Positions 27,882-42,251 of a stretch of DNA of 64,000 nucleotides are shown in pieces; within the stretch, counting starts at the first letter, position 1, and every line of letters begins with the position of its first letter. The notes below the pieces were generated by a model. It saw only the letters and a list, made by a program, of their open reading frames with translations, searched no databases and was not told the DNA's origin. A program made the translations under genes and the position numbers. Source of the stretch: Octopus sinensis. Lineage: Eukaryota. The stretch spans positions 13,764,001 to 13,828,000 of the forward strand of contig NC_043002.1 in assembly GCF_006345805.1 (NCBI RefSeq). Reading direction: 5' to 3'.

Positions 27882-28158
27882 TGTACTTGGAATGACCAAG
27901 TTTAAAAACTGCTAGGTCTCACTCATAAGCTATTGGAAACTTACATTGTGTATAAACTCTATATTTGGAAGGACCCATTTTAAACTCTCTTGGATTTTAC
28001 TCATAAGATATTGGAATCCTACATATATACCATTTTGCCTAAAAATGGATCTGCAACTTCAATATCCCTACATATCTTGTATCTCTTTTTTTTCTCTACC
28101 TCACTCTCTGTTTTATATCTTATCTAAACTAACTATGACTTAACCATCCTCGTACACC

Positions 28159-28210
28159 GTCTCCGATGAAGGGATATAATTAATAAATATCCTGGAAACA
28201 GCTGTAAGAC
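28159..28210 (+). ncRNA. Type I hammerhead motif (U4C variant, extra A after the core)
   Basis: GTCT-CCGATGA-A-GGGATAT..ATATCCTG-GAAA-CAGCTG-TA-AGAC; inside a ~400-bp insert between (TA)n tracts. Confidence 0.72.
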
Positions 28211-28274
28211 CTTCTATCTACAAATGTTCTAATATCTACACAGCCTTCGTTGTTTATCTCATTACGCAAAAAAT

Positions 28275-28322
<48 letters not shown>

Positions 28323-30236
28323 TGTGTGTGTGTACACATGTACACATACGCATACTTGTTTGTCCCTCCACCATCGCTTGGCAACCGATATTGGTTTCTT
28401 TGCGCCCTCCGTAACTTAGCGGTTCGGCAAAAGTGACTTGCTTAAAAAGAACAAGTCTTGGGTGGATTCGTTCGACTAATGGTAGTGCTCCAGCTCGGCC
28501 GCAGTCAATTGGCTGAAACAACTAAAATAATATATATATAGAAAGAGAAAGAGAAAGAGAGAGTGACAAAAAGTAGAAAGAATTGATAGATAGACCCATC
28601 GATAACCTTTCCATTGAATGGGACTTCAGAATTTTACCTTAGTACAAATACACATACACATATATGTGCATATATATATAATAAAGCTATAAATTTATTC
28701 TAAATATATTTCAGTTCTGATTTACGCTGCGTTCTGCAAACTTAGATCTATATTCTCCTCTTATTCTATTCTGTTATTTAACACTTCACTACCGAAAACT
28801 ATACATCAGCATAGTAAGAACAGAAACTTTATATTATAGTTTTACTTGACAGTTCTTCAATACTTTACAGTGAAGTGAATCTTAGAGAAAACTAAACTTC
28901 TAGATGAAGTAAAAGTCCGGGTCAAATGTTTCTGACAATAACTGCATCAAACTGCACAGAAGGCGATTATATAACCTATGCATGAAAATCTCTTTTTAAT
29001 GGTAAAACACACGATGTGCATCAAAATGAGTTTTCTTACAGCCACTGCTGTTTAAAGGTTACAAGTTCTGCTTTATGTTGATGCAAATTATATTTTAGTA
29101 AAAATAATGCACAAGGGATACCTTCTGTGTTTCCGTATTTTTGGCAGATCCTTTATAACTTGCTTGTATTGTTATGAAACTAATAATAAAATGTTCGAAG
29201 TTATGAATTTATGAATAAACTTTCTGAAAACAAATGTTTTATGCAATATAGACATTCTCCTCAAGAAAATTTTTCTAGCTCGTCTTCTCCATCTCCTCCT
29301 TCCAAATAGTTGGAAACAAGCTTTATTGCAAGTCAAATACGACAATTCAAACCTCTAGAGCTGTGTTTCTGTCCTGATTCGACATTATAGTTTCTAGTAA
29401 ATGGAAAAATTTACTTAGTCAAAGTAGTCGACCGTGAGCAATTTCCTGATTTGGCATTATACTTGGCTTCCACGTAAACACACAGGCAGAGATACAGACA
29501 CATAAAACAGACACACATTTATATATGTATAGATACTCACACACACATACACATATGCATATATGCTTATAAATACTTATATATGTATGTAGCTAGGTTA
29601 GGAAGAACTGCATTAAGAAAATCACAATTTAACTAGATACCTTCGGTTCGATCCCACTCTGCGCAACATTTTGAGCAGTGGTCGTTTACTATAGCGTCGG
29701 GTCAGCCGATTATGAAACAATTTGGTAGACGGGAACTGTCTGGAAGCCTGCTGAGTACGTCTGTTCATTTCCTTCCACCGATTGATAACCGGTGTTCGTT
29801 TTTTTACGTTCTGTAATTCCGTAACTTCGCGGCTCGGTAAAGACCCCTATAGAAGAATATATGTATATATGTATACATGTATGTGTGTATACGTATATGT
29901 CTCTCTCTCCCCCTCTCTCTCTCTCTCTCTGTATAGATATATATCTGCATGAAAAACCCCTTATCGGTCTAGATTGGCATGTCTAAGCTGACTGTGGACT
30001 GGTCGATATCATGCACCGTAATTATTAAATGTTTAACCAGTTCTTATTCGTTTTCGCATCGAAGTGATGGCACGTTTCTCTGTGGACATAACTTGATGAT
30101 TGAACGAGATTGTAAATATGGGACTTGAAAGCAAGTGAATATAGAATGCGTATCCAGAAAGTATGTGGACAGTTATAACCTACAAATTGTTAAATCTGCT
30201 GATGTTAGTAGCTGTCAATTTATAAAACGAGTTTTG

Positions 30237-30676
30237 GGATCTTTTCCGTTTGAACGGCAGTTTTGCCTAGCGGTGTCATATGAAATTGTCACCCATAATT
30301 ATGACCCTAGTATCGATCTGTTGCATTTCAATCTGTTTTAGGGTTAGGGTTAGTTAGGGTTCGGGTTCGGGTTAGGGGTGGGGGGAAGGGTATTTTTTTC
30401 TTCACAAATGTAAATAAACCCAATCTGTTTCTTAAACGAGGGACATATTCATACGACACAGAATGTTTTTTTTTTACCTCAATAGACGTCAGTGATGGGT
30501 TGAAATTGCAGAAATTGAAGAAAGAAACAACAAATATCTTACAAACTATCGAATTTTCTCAATAAAGCCAAGTGAAAACGATGTGTTATAAACACATTCT
30601 ACCAGTATACGAAGATTAAAATTTTTTAGTTACCTAGAAATTATGTTAAAAACTGCTGTTCAAACCGAAAAGATCC
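30237..30676. mobile_element. 440-bp MITE with internal (TTAGGG)n, copy 2; Merlin-like
   Basis: 28-bp TIRs GGATCTTTTCCGTTTGAACGGCAGTTTT / AAAACTGCTGTTCAAACCGAAAAGATCC; perfect 8-bp TSD GAGTTTTG. Confidence 0.92.
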
Positions 30677-30699
30677 GAGTTTTGTTCATATGGCTAGCC

Positions 30700-32530
30700 A
30701 TTGATACAGGCGTAGCTAAAATACAATTCTTTTTGATCCCCGTGTATCTGAGACATAATATTATTTCTAGTTTTTTGCTAGTCTTTCTCGACTTATCGTC
30801 TGCAGACTGGTTTTTCTTCCCTACGTTGAAACTTTTTTGTTTTTAATCTTATTTCAATTTTTTTAATGTTTTAAGTATCTAAATCCTATTCTTTGTCGAA
30901 ATACTTTTCTTTAATTCAAATTTATGCATTTTTTGTTTACACTTTTATTATTTCTTTTGTGATTCAGCATTCTCTTTGCTTCTAAGTAATTTTCTCACAT
31001 CACTGTAGTAACTTATCGTGAAAACCCGTCATATATTATCTACATCAGTTTCGGGATTATGGCTTTCGAAAACTGTTAATAGTGTCTTATTGTGTTCTCT
31101 CTAAACTCTTCAACTCAATTAACTTCTAGTTTATTATAGTGATGCAAGTATTTGTAACTTTGATGCCTAGTGTATTATACCTATATTTTTTTTTTATTTT
31201 ACTTCGAGCACTGACTTGGGTTTTTAATATTCAGTCTGATTCTTGTGTAATACTTTTTTTTTCTAATTTTCTCCTTCATTTCCGTGTGTTGTACATTATC
31301 AGTTTCATCTACATCTAAGTATTTATATGGGTGCTTCTAGTTTAATTCTCTGATCTCTATGTTTATATCTGATTCAATTTTCTCACTTTCAGATAATTCT
31401 ATATTTCTTATATCAGCTTTGATGCATTTTCTAATGTTATACTAATTTCAACGAAACAAATTATTAGTAGACTTTCCGACTGAGTATTCTTACTTATAAA
31501 TATTTCTAAGTCATCGATATAAAGAGATGTTGATAACTTTGGCTGTAGATCTATAACCACTGGTAGTTTAATTCAGCATATTTGCTAATATGTTCTGGGT
31601 TAGGCGGAATCATACAGGAATAAAGTAAAATATTCTTCTTCATACGAACAGGACTGGGTTTTAATTATCTTCTATTCAGAGATAATTAAAAGGACATGGC
31701 TATTTCGATTTATCAGAGGCCATTTGATGTACTTTTGTTAGTGTTGTCGCTGTTTTATTTATGTGGAGTCTCTAGTATCCAACAGAGAAGTATATTAATC
31801 AAATGCTATTCGGTAATCAATACGGGCAAATACTAAGTCGTATTTACCGCGATTCGAATATTCTTAACAGCCTCACATCCATTTCCTACACGATTCCAGT
31901 TCTGCAGGAAATACGCTATTGTTGTTGATATGAGTAACTGAATTATTTTGTTGTATGGAAAATTGGTACTTGCAAATTGGTGGTGACCAAGTTACAGTCC
32001 TGGGTTTTATAGTGGATATCGATGATGTTTGTTGTTTTTTGTCTAGCACAAGAATATGGACATTATCGAGATACCGCTAAGTATTTGGGGGAATTACCAA
32101 ATTTTTTACCCCATGAATATTATCTTGTTTGAATTATTTTGCAAAATAATGACTTCGGAATGATTGGATGCGTATCATATTATATAGTCCATAGCCTGTC
32201 TTTTAGATTCTATGTATATATTTTGTTAATGTGAACACGGATATTATACGTTTACAATCTCTTCAACGTGTTTAATACGAGAGAAGCAGGAACTCGTGTT
32301 ATCAAAGAATAAAAACTAGCGATGGAATATATGTTCTGAGAAATACGAAGAAATACTTCCAATAACATTGGATTGAATTGAAAGTGGAAATATATAATAA
32401 AATAAACAGAAAAGCCTTAACAGCTGAGGCAAACAAAAACATCATAACCCAAGAAACATAAATTTGTTCGTCAAAACAATTTATACTTAAAATAATAACC
32501 TCAGAAAACGTGTGCTGTATTATGAAAGCC
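30700..32530 (-). mobile_element. Highly decayed R4-type LINE RT region
   Basis: Minus-strand remnants LVFARIDYRIAF (cf. AWIDYKKAFD), LYIDDL, PYKYLD. Confidence 0.55.
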
Positions 32531-32923
32531 ATCAGCCATATTTTATTTTTGTTAGCATTACAATCGAAAGTGAAATTTTAGATATGTGTCGAATTATTTC
32601 TAAAAAGGGAATGTTGCATGTAAGTCACAAATGCGCGACCCACATTGCTTTATAAATGTCTTTTAGTGGCTAAATGAATGATCGTGATATAACTGTATCG
32701 GAGCGGGTTTTCTCGAGTCACGAAATGAACATCAAACAAAAGACACAAACAATGCATGACATGATGTGTGCTCCATTAATACTGTTAGAAATGTATACAT
32801 AAACTTCAGAAGTGATTATGACCTGATACTGAACAATATATTCCTATTTTCTTTTTACATAAAATTTAATAATTGCTAAATCTGCATTAAAATGACCATG
32901 TTAGTAGGTAGGATTGGTGCGTT

Positions 32924-33365
32924 GGATCCTTTCGGTTTGAACGGCAGTTTTTAACATAATTTCTAGGTAACTAAAAACTTTTAAACTTCGTATACTGGTA
33001 GAATGTGTTTATAAAACATCTTTTTCTCTTGGCTTTATTGAGAAGCATCTATGGTTTGTAAGATATTTGTTGTTTTTTTCTTCAATTTCTGCAATTTCAA
33101 CCGATCAGTGATGTCTATTGAGGTAAAACCCATTCTGTGGCGTATGAATATGTCCCTCGTTTAAGAAACAGATTGGGTTTATTTACATTTCTGAAGAAAA
33201 AAAGATATCCTTCCCCCCCAACCCTAACCCTCACCCTAACTAACATTAACTAACCCTAACCCTAAAATAGATTGGATTGCAATAGATCGATTCTAGGGTC
33301 ACAATTATGGGTGACAATTTCATATGACACCGCTAGAAAAACTACCGTTCAAACCGAAAAGATCC
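32924..33365. mobile_element. 442-bp MITE with internal (CCCTAA)n, copy 3, opposite orientation to copy 2
   Basis: Same TIRs; 8-bp TSD GGTGCGTT / GATGCGTT. Confidence 0.92.
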
Positions 33366-34219
33366 GATGCGTTTTTATGCTAGAGTTTTTAAACGTCTTT
33401 CTCTGTGTTAGGAGACTTTTTGCTTACCTTCATTTGTTTTCGTCTCGCTTTCACTAAGATTAATGTTTGCTTGGTATAAAATCGGTAGTATCTTGGACAT
33501 TTAGACGTCTAGTTTTGAGGCTATTTATACCTCTTGGTTTGAATTCTTTGAATATAATATCAATATGTAAAGTTCTTCCGAAGACAGCTTGATAATAATT
33601 TACGCTTGTAGATTGTGGTTTTATTTTTGTATGCTTTGTATTTGTCCTTCAACCACTTTACTCGCCTACAATGCATTCCCTTGTATACATTTGTTCGGAT
33701 GAATCACCGGCGCCCGAAACGTTAAGACCCTTTCACTTCCTTTCAAATGTTTAAACCACTTACTGGTCTAATGAATTTCATTTTGAACATTCTTGACCAA
33801 TCCAAAGACTCGAAGTAGCAAATAATTATGATTGGCCTTCTTTGTTGTGGCCGACTGCATGGCAGTGATAGTAACGTAAACACTCCTGATGAGCCTGGAC
33901 AATATTTTTTCATGCTGCGTTGCTTCTTTTAATTTTATTTACATAAGATATTTAATTTGGAAAATTTTACTCCATCAATTGAAACAATGGATACGTCCAT
34001 GCTACTTTACCCAAATAGAGTCTCGACCATACACTAACGAAATACGCACGTCTATGTTGATAATTATGGTTGTACTTTTATAGCCATGAATAATTTTCCT
34101 AAATTATCAGATTATCACAATAAGAACCCCAGAAAATTGATGGGTTCTATTCTATTATCTCAAGGTTGGCCAATACGCAGCTCCTTTCCATTAAATAAGA
34201 AAGCCTATGCTCTTAAACA

Positions 34220-34458
34220 GTGGAGGCGCGTGGCTTAATCGTTAGATTGTGGTTTCGTTTCCTGGACCGGGCGACGCGTTGTGCTCTTGAGCAAAACACT
34301 TCAATTCACGTTGCTCCAATCCACTCAAATGGCAAAAATGCTTAACGCTGCGATGGACAGGCGTCTCGTCCAGCTGGGGAACACGTACGCCATTGAAACC
34401 GGGAAGCCGGGCCCATGAGCCTGGTCATGCTTTAAAAGGGCGCGTTTATTTATTATTA
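34220..34458 (+). mobile_element. tRNA-derived SINE, family A
   Basis: GTGGAGGCGCGTGGC head; B-box-like GGTTTCGTTTCC; 14-bp TSD TATGCTCTTAAACA. Confidence 0.88.
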
Positions 34459-34789
34459 TATGCTCTTAAACATACTTATATCCTTTCAATTTCTTAAACT
34501 TTACATGGAATTTTTTATTGTTGCGTAATATTTTTATTGAAGATATGTGAATGTTTCTCCATCTGCATCTTTCTATTCTAAGCTTCTTAAAAGTTGTCCG
34601 AACATGGTTTATACACGAATTCTATTTCACAAAGGAAAACATTATTCAGTACTGTTAGTGTTTATATGGTTTACACCATACTTCCCTAAAATGGCCCATT
34701 CGGCGTAATACTTCGAGTAGTAAAAAACCCGAGTGATCATACATTAAATATTATATTCTTTGGTTGAACCAGCTTGAGCAGCTTCGGCA

Positions 34790-35148
34790 GTGGAGGCGCA
34801 ATGGCCCAATGGTTAGGGCAGCGGACTAGCGGTTTCGATTCCCAGACCGGGCGTTGTGTGTGTTTATTGAGCGAAAACACCTAAAGCTCCACGAGGATCC
34901 GGCTGGGGGTGGTGGCGACCCCTTTGTACTCTTTTGCTCCAACTTTCTCTCACTCTTTCTTCCTGTTTCTTGTCCCCGACTTCCTACGCAACCGCTGAGC
35001 CTGGACGGGCATTCAGCCATCCGTCGATGCTCTCGGTGTCGGGGGTTGACCTGCTTTCTCTTCTGCGGGTCTTACGAATAGCAAAGGACCACGTTTCGGA
35101 CTTCTCTCACTACAGAAGACCGCTGCGCTCAATATCAACATCAACATC
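34790..35148 (+). mobile_element. tRNA-derived SINE, family A
   Basis: A box TGGCCCAATGG, B box GGTTTCGATTCC; (ATCAAC)n tail; 13-bp TSD AGCAGCTTCGGCA. Confidence 0.9.
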
Positions 35149-35600
35149 AGCAGCTTCGGCATAGACAAACCAAGAGTATATTTATCTAGTTACAGAGATA
35201 GAAATCTGTATTGATTACATTTATTTAGAGATGAAACTATAGTGATTGAACTTCTTAGATATTACTGGATTATAATGATAGATTTAAGGGAGATAACTCA
35301 TACTTTACGACTATAAATATGTTCTGTGTGAGAATGCTGTATTAAAGCTGGCATATTCTATTTCTAATGCAGGCTTATGTTCACAATTTCAACAATATTT
35401 AGACCTGATATCCTGTAAATTTAGTTGGTATATAATTTCCTGAATGATATCGTTTATAGGCAACCAGTATCTGGTGAAATATGTTATAAATTTTCGCAAT
35501 ACATCTGCTGTTTATAACACCAGTATGATTTTCTTTCCTTAAACGATGAACAAAGAATTACGCACACACATACACGCGTACAAATATACGTCTGTATATA

Positions 35601-35665
<65 letters not shown>

Positions 35666-36991
35666 ATGTGTGAGTGTGTGCGCGCGCGCGTGTTTACATA
35701 CGTCTGTATATATATATATATATATATATATACATACATGTATATCATCATATGTATATAACTATATATTTATATCTATATCCACTTCTATATACATATA
35801 TATATATATATACATATACATACATACCTACATACATACATATATATATATATATACATACATGTATATGATCTTATGTATATAAGTACATATATATCAA
35901 CATCTATATACATATACATACATATATACACACACGCGCACACACACACACACAGACACACATATATATATATATATATACATACATATGCACCTACACA
36001 TGCACGCGCACACACCCTCACGTATACACAAACACACGCGCACCATGCCTACGTGAATGCGTGTGCATATGTGTCTTGGTATGTTGATATTTCAGGGTAG
36101 GTTTAAATACCATTAAATGGTTATGCTGTGTGATATATATGGATTTCAAAAGCATTACTCTTACCTCCTGCCATGACATCAAACTTCAAGTTCAGTATTG
36201 TACAATCTTGTTATAATTCTGCAATATTTTAAGTCTATTGTCTGGGCAATTTCGCAAAGTTTATCCGGTTATTGTTCTTGCTGTTGAAAGAATCTAATTT
36301 TCGCGTCTGGATAATATAAAATAATAACATATTATGTGAAGAATTGTCTTTTCAATGCTTATCGTATTTAATTATCTCTTCATCAAGAGAAGCGCAAATA
36401 TTAGAAAAGAAACTCCATTCAGATTTTGACATCGTAATTAACATAATTCGTGAAAACTCAGCGTGAACTATTTCACACTTTATATGTATTATACAAAATT
36501 GTCTTGTTTTGTGTGAAGTACGATGAACCACTCGTGATTGTGCGCATTTAATTTGAACACGATTTAAACTTTTGTTATATAAACTTATTTACTTACGTAA
36601 GGAGGCTTGTGTGATTACGATGCTTCTGTGAATCATCATAAAAACCGCTGTTTAGGTTAGTGTATACACTGGAGAATAACTGAGTGTTAATGAACTTCAG
36701 TTGTGCTTCTTTGTCTGTGTCATTCGTTGCTTTAACTTGTAGTAATGATTGCTTATTTACCAGCTGTCATCTTCATTCAAGGAATTTTAAACTGCATATA
36801 TACAACACGGGTGCTTCGAACAAACCGTAATCTGTTGTTGATACACTTTAAGTAAACTTACACATACTGGTCAAGTGAATTTCATTTTGAACATTCTTGA
36901 CCAACCTAGAGACTCGAAGTAGTCATTATTTATGATTGGCCTTTTTTGTTTTAACCGACCGCATTGCAGTAATAGTAACTTAAACACAATA

Positions 36992-37408
36992 AAGGCGGCG
37001 ACCTGGCAGAAACGTTAGCACGCCAGGCGAAATGCGTAACCGTATTTCGTCTGCCGTTACGTTCTGAGTTCAAATTCCACCGAGTTCAACTTTGCCTTTC
37101 ATCCTTTCGGGGTCGATAAATTAGCTACCAGTTACGCACTGGGGTCGGTATAATCGACTTAATCCCTTTGTCTGTCCTTGTTTGTCCTCTCTGTGTTTAG
37201 CCCCTTGTGGGTAGTAAAGAAATAGGTATTTCGTCTGCCGTTACGTGCTGAGTTCAAATTCCGCTGAGGTTGGCTTTGCCTTTCATCCTTTCGGGATCGA
37301 TAAATTAAGTACCAGTTACGCAATGGGGTTGATATAATTAACTTAATCCGTTTGTCTGTCCTTGTTTGTCCCCTCTATGTTTAGCCCCTTGTAGGCAATA
37401 AATAAATA
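36992..37408 (+). mobile_element. SINE family C, with a tandemly repeated ~185-bp body
   Basis: AAGGCGGCGACCTGGCAGAAACGTTAG head; GAGTTCAAATTCC B-box-like motif twice; same layout at 63671-64000. Confidence 0.85.
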
Positions 37409-38253
37409 ACAATAGAAGTTAAGAAGTGGTTCCACACTCCTTAAAACACGGAAGATCTCAAACCAAGAATCCACTACAAGGTGTATTTTAAAGTCATGCT
37501 CAAGACACCATGTCCTGAGAATACGAATAAATCTGCGCAATAAAACATATATTTTACTTACTCTCATATAACATACACAATTTCGCCTATATTCTTATAA
37601 AATCAATATGCAAAGAATATAATTTATGATGCATTGACAACTCCAGCATCGAAATGTAGAAATTAAAATTTTCTTCAGAGGTGGATTTTAAGGTATGGAA
37701 TAATGCAGAATGAAACTTCACTTCAATAGGGCTTAGAAAAAGATTAGTGGATTCCGTGATAGAGAGATTTCTATTTGTGTCATTTTTGATTCACGAATCA
37801 TTTATAATCTCTGTAATACGCTGAAGGAAGGAGCACATTGAATTGGAAACAACATTGGCTGTTTGACAAGTATATTTACGGAGATGAATTTTGTGTGATG
37901 TTTCCGACTGTGACGCAGTAAATACTGAAGAATGGAGAGTTTAACTGAGCATGATTTGAAGGTTAACAATTTATCTGTTTACTTCTGTCGCTAATTTCTC
38001 CTGCAAATGTACCAGTCTATTATTTGCCATACGTATGACTTTAATGTCATGCAGTGCTTCATTAATGTCTTGCATGAAATACTTGGATGGAAAAATACTA
38101 CTCTAAGGTTAGTAAATAGGCACAACCATAGATTTGTGGTTAGGAAGCTTCCTTTGTAACCACTCGGTTTCGTTTTCAGTTCTTGAGAAATCGTTTTCTA
38201 CTCTAGCCCTGCGTCGACCAATGACTTATGTGAAAGTGTGAAAGAAGCCCATC

Positions 38254-38359
<106 letters not shown>

Positions 38360-38457
38360 GATTCAAAGAAAAAACAACTAAAATGAAATGAAATGAACGA
38401 AAAGTGATGATGTGCACAAGAAATATATTAATTTGACGCTCGATGAAAGAGAGAATT

Positions 38458-38490
38458 GTTAACGTTTCGAGCATAGCTCTTCGTCGGAAA
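38458..38490 (-). ncRNA. Minimal hammerhead-like motif in a PLE pLTR fragment nested in a SINE's (TA)n
   Basis: Reverse complement TTT-CCGACGA-A-GAGC-TAT-GCTC-GAAA-CG-TT-AA. Confidence 0.5.
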
Positions 38491-38680
38491 GAGAAAAGTG
38501 TTAAGAGAAAGAATGAATAATAAGGTATAATCACTAACCATCCACCTGTGGTTACATATCTGTGCGTATCCATGCCTCTGTGTTTATGTTTGTCCCCATC
38601 ACCATTTGCCAACTGGTGTTGGTTTATTAAGGTTCCGTAACTTAGTGGTTCAACTAAAAGATAAGTAAGCAACTCTAAGA

Positions 38681-39147
<467 letters not shown>

Positions 39148-39351
39148 GGTACTGAAGTCGACTTGTTCGATTAAATCCTTCGTGGCGGTGCTCCAGTATT
39201 TCCGTTGTCCAATAACTGGATACAATTAAAAAAAAAATAATCAACTTGCAAAGTCTTGATGAGTGTTAACAAAAAGACTTATATTTTTAATTTGTCAGCG
39301 CGTAAATGTATATTTCTACCTAATTGAATACTTTTTAGAGAACTTGAACAT

Positions 39352-39500
39352 AGGCGTAGGAGTGGCTTACTTAATAACCACATGGTTCTGGGTTCAGTCC
39401 CACTGCGTGGCACCTTGGGCAAGTGTCTTCTACTATAGCCTCGGGCCGACCAAAGCCTTGTGAGTGGATTTAGTAGACGGAAACTGCAAGAAGCCCGTCG

Positions 39501-39536
<36 letters not shown>

Positions 39537-39773
39537 TGTATGTATGTATTTGTGTGCGTATATGTTTGTGTGTCTGTGTTTGTCCCTACCAACATCGATT
39601 CACAATTGATGGTCGTGTGTTTACGTCCCCGTAACTTAGCGGTTCGGCAAAATTGACCGATAGAATAAGTACTAGGCTTCCAAAGAATAAGTCCTGGGGT
39701 CGATTTGCTCGACTAAAGGCGGTGTTCAGCATGGCCATATCAAATGACTGAAACAAGTAAAAGAGTAAAAAGT
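39352..39773 (+). mobile_element. SINE family B with internal (TATG)n
   Basis: Near full-length; GGGTTCAGTCCC B-box-like motif; same tail. Confidence 0.88.
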
Positions 39774-40239
39774 GAATTGTTTATAAGTGTAAAGATGGGG
39801 ATTCAGAAAGGTTTCTATTACAGATTGAGATATGCCGTGTATTCAAAGAACCCAAAATGATGAAAGTTTTAAGATATTGCAACATATCAAGTCCTGTCTA
39901 GATGAATGTTATGTTCTAGCAATTCTTGCCGGTCTTCTGTTACCAGTAATGTCATCGCGGTTGGATTTCATTTATATATTTGTCATTGGAGGGGTTCAGG
40001 AAAAATATATGAAGTGAGGGATTTGCAGAGAATTTATGGATAGGAGAATAATGTGTGGGCATAGAGGTTAGTGCGGGATTCTAAGTTTTGAGGACAAATT
40101 ATGGATGACTAGAGAGGACGCGTGGATCTGCAGTACCTGAGAGAAGGTGATACAAGACTAGCTAAATTCATAGAGGAAAGGCACCTCTAGTGGTGGTTAA
40201 AGAATGTGGAATGGCAATATGTATTTGAGACAAGACTTA

Positions 40240-40748
40240 CCGTAAATCCTCGAGTATAGTCCACTCTTGAGAATAATATGCAGGTTATTTTTAGGGTGCT
40301 GTACTTCTGAAAAACCTAAACCTTTTGTATAATATGCACCCCTCTAACTTGAGTCAAGGAGGTCTATATACCGTCCTTGGTTTGTAAAACTGTATACGAT
40401 AACGTCCTATATTATTATTGTATATATAATATAATGCAAACGTGTAGCTTTTTTGTGCATTTTGTTTGCAGAAACTAAAGAAATAACAGTAATAACGTTT
40501 AATAAATGTTGCTTATTGCAAGTTATGGATGATTCTTTTATGACTTCAATGATTTCAGGCTTAGCTTAAGATATTTTCGCACCCGACATCTCAAAATGCG
40601 TCTGAATAAACATTGCCGGACAGCAAATAGAGACTCGGACATTGCTTAGAAAATAATTTTCATTTTTAACCACGTATATAGTACGCACTAGGGATTTTGA
40701 CCTTTAAATTTTGGGAAAAAAATGCGGATTATACTCGAGGATTTACGG
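40240..40748. mobile_element. Tc2/pogo-like MITE (509 bp)
   Basis: TIRs CCGTAAATCCTCGAGTATAGTCC / GGATTATACTCGAGGATTTACGG; TA TSD. Confidence 0.88.
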
Positions 40749-42159
40749 TATTTTAGGACAATCAGTTGAGTGCCGTTTTCCTTTTGATACCTTGTCGGAA
40801 ATCTGCGTATAAGTAGCAGCGTTGTGATGGCAATTGTAAGAGTTACACCAATGTAAGGCTCTCGCGATGTCTCTAGAGCGGTGGTAGTTGTATAATGAAG
40901 TAACGTACCTTTTTATCTCTGGCGAAAACCACTCGTTATAATGTTGCATTGGACGAGAGGCAGATGGAATCCATACATGGGTAAATTTGTTTGGAAATTC
41001 GAATGCTAGAAACCTGGTAATTATTGTTAATACCAAGTGTAGGAACTCAGTATTTCCCTTGTGCTGTAGCAGTGAAGGCATCTTGTAGATCTGGATTACA
41101 AAATTTATAACTATTGAGGAAAGCATTAAAAATGGAAATAAATGTATGCGAAATGTATATACATATGTAAGTAAACGATAACAAATACCTGAAAAATATT
41201 AAGTATATTAATGAATTTTTATTAGAAATACTAAACTATTTGGAAGGAAAAGTACCGTGGAAAAATTTTTCTTTCTATCTGTTGATGTATTAACTTTTCA
41301 ACATTTATGCGCATTCAAGGCAGCGAAATAAACGAGACAATATGTCGTATAAAAATAGGAAAACTTTCATATCATTATATTCACAATACATGACTTCATC
41401 AAGATAATGTTCTTTTTTTTCAACATCCCGATTGCATCTTTATGGGTTTATATTACAGAACAACGAAATACAATAAAGAAAAATGAAATAATTTAGACGT
41501 GACAGAACATGGAAGAAAATAAAGGACTTTTGTTTTGTTCAGTGGAATAAACTGACACTATTTTTTTCAAAGAACAGATAGTATTGGAGATATTTAGGTT
41601 ATTAAGATTAACATACTGATATAATAATGGCGGTTGTCGTATACGAAGTTTTTTTGTGCTGCACTAAAATTTCCAGTAAATACAGGCAAATATCTCGGGT
41701 CTACTGGAATTATTTCAGCCAGAGATAACTGTCGGTGTAACACAAAATTTATATATAAACAGTAAGTGTTTTTAAAAGATATTTTATTAATATTTTCGAG
41801 CTAGAATAGTTAGTTCCTCTTAACGTAGGCGTTGAATTTTTAGAGTTAACAATATAAATTTTGCGATGAAAGAAATAATCCTCAAACGATTACAAGGTAT
41901 GGATTTATGTCAATTTAATACACAAGAGAATATAATTCATTACTTTTTCAGAGTTTATTTTTATGCCTTATTTAAATGTTTATAATTTTCTACTCCTTCT
42001 ACTCACAAACAACACCACAAGAAATATTCACCCGATTTTGAATTTACGCCGAAATTGTAAATTAACTTGATAACCAAGCTGTGATAATCGTATTAATTTA
42101 TGCTTAACGAATGACGACGACACTATGAGAACAACAATACCGATCGTATGAATATTAAT

Positions 42160-42161
42160 TA

Positions 42162-42251
<90 letters not shown>
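42160..42251. repeat. (ACT)n microsatellite
   Basis: Directly visible. Confidence 0.95.

Noticed and set aside
30237-33365. Composite transposon formed by the two inverted MITEs
   Set aside because: Each copy has its own distinct 8-bp TSD, so they are independent insertions
34790-34850. tRNA gene
   Set aside because: The A/B boxes belong to a SINE head with a body, tail and TSD; no complete cloverleaf is evident
40743-41126. 127-aa ORF as a host gene
   Set aside because: WIPSASRP..EWFSPEI resembles the endonuclease-RT linker of a decayed LINE, and the ORF runs into a MITE
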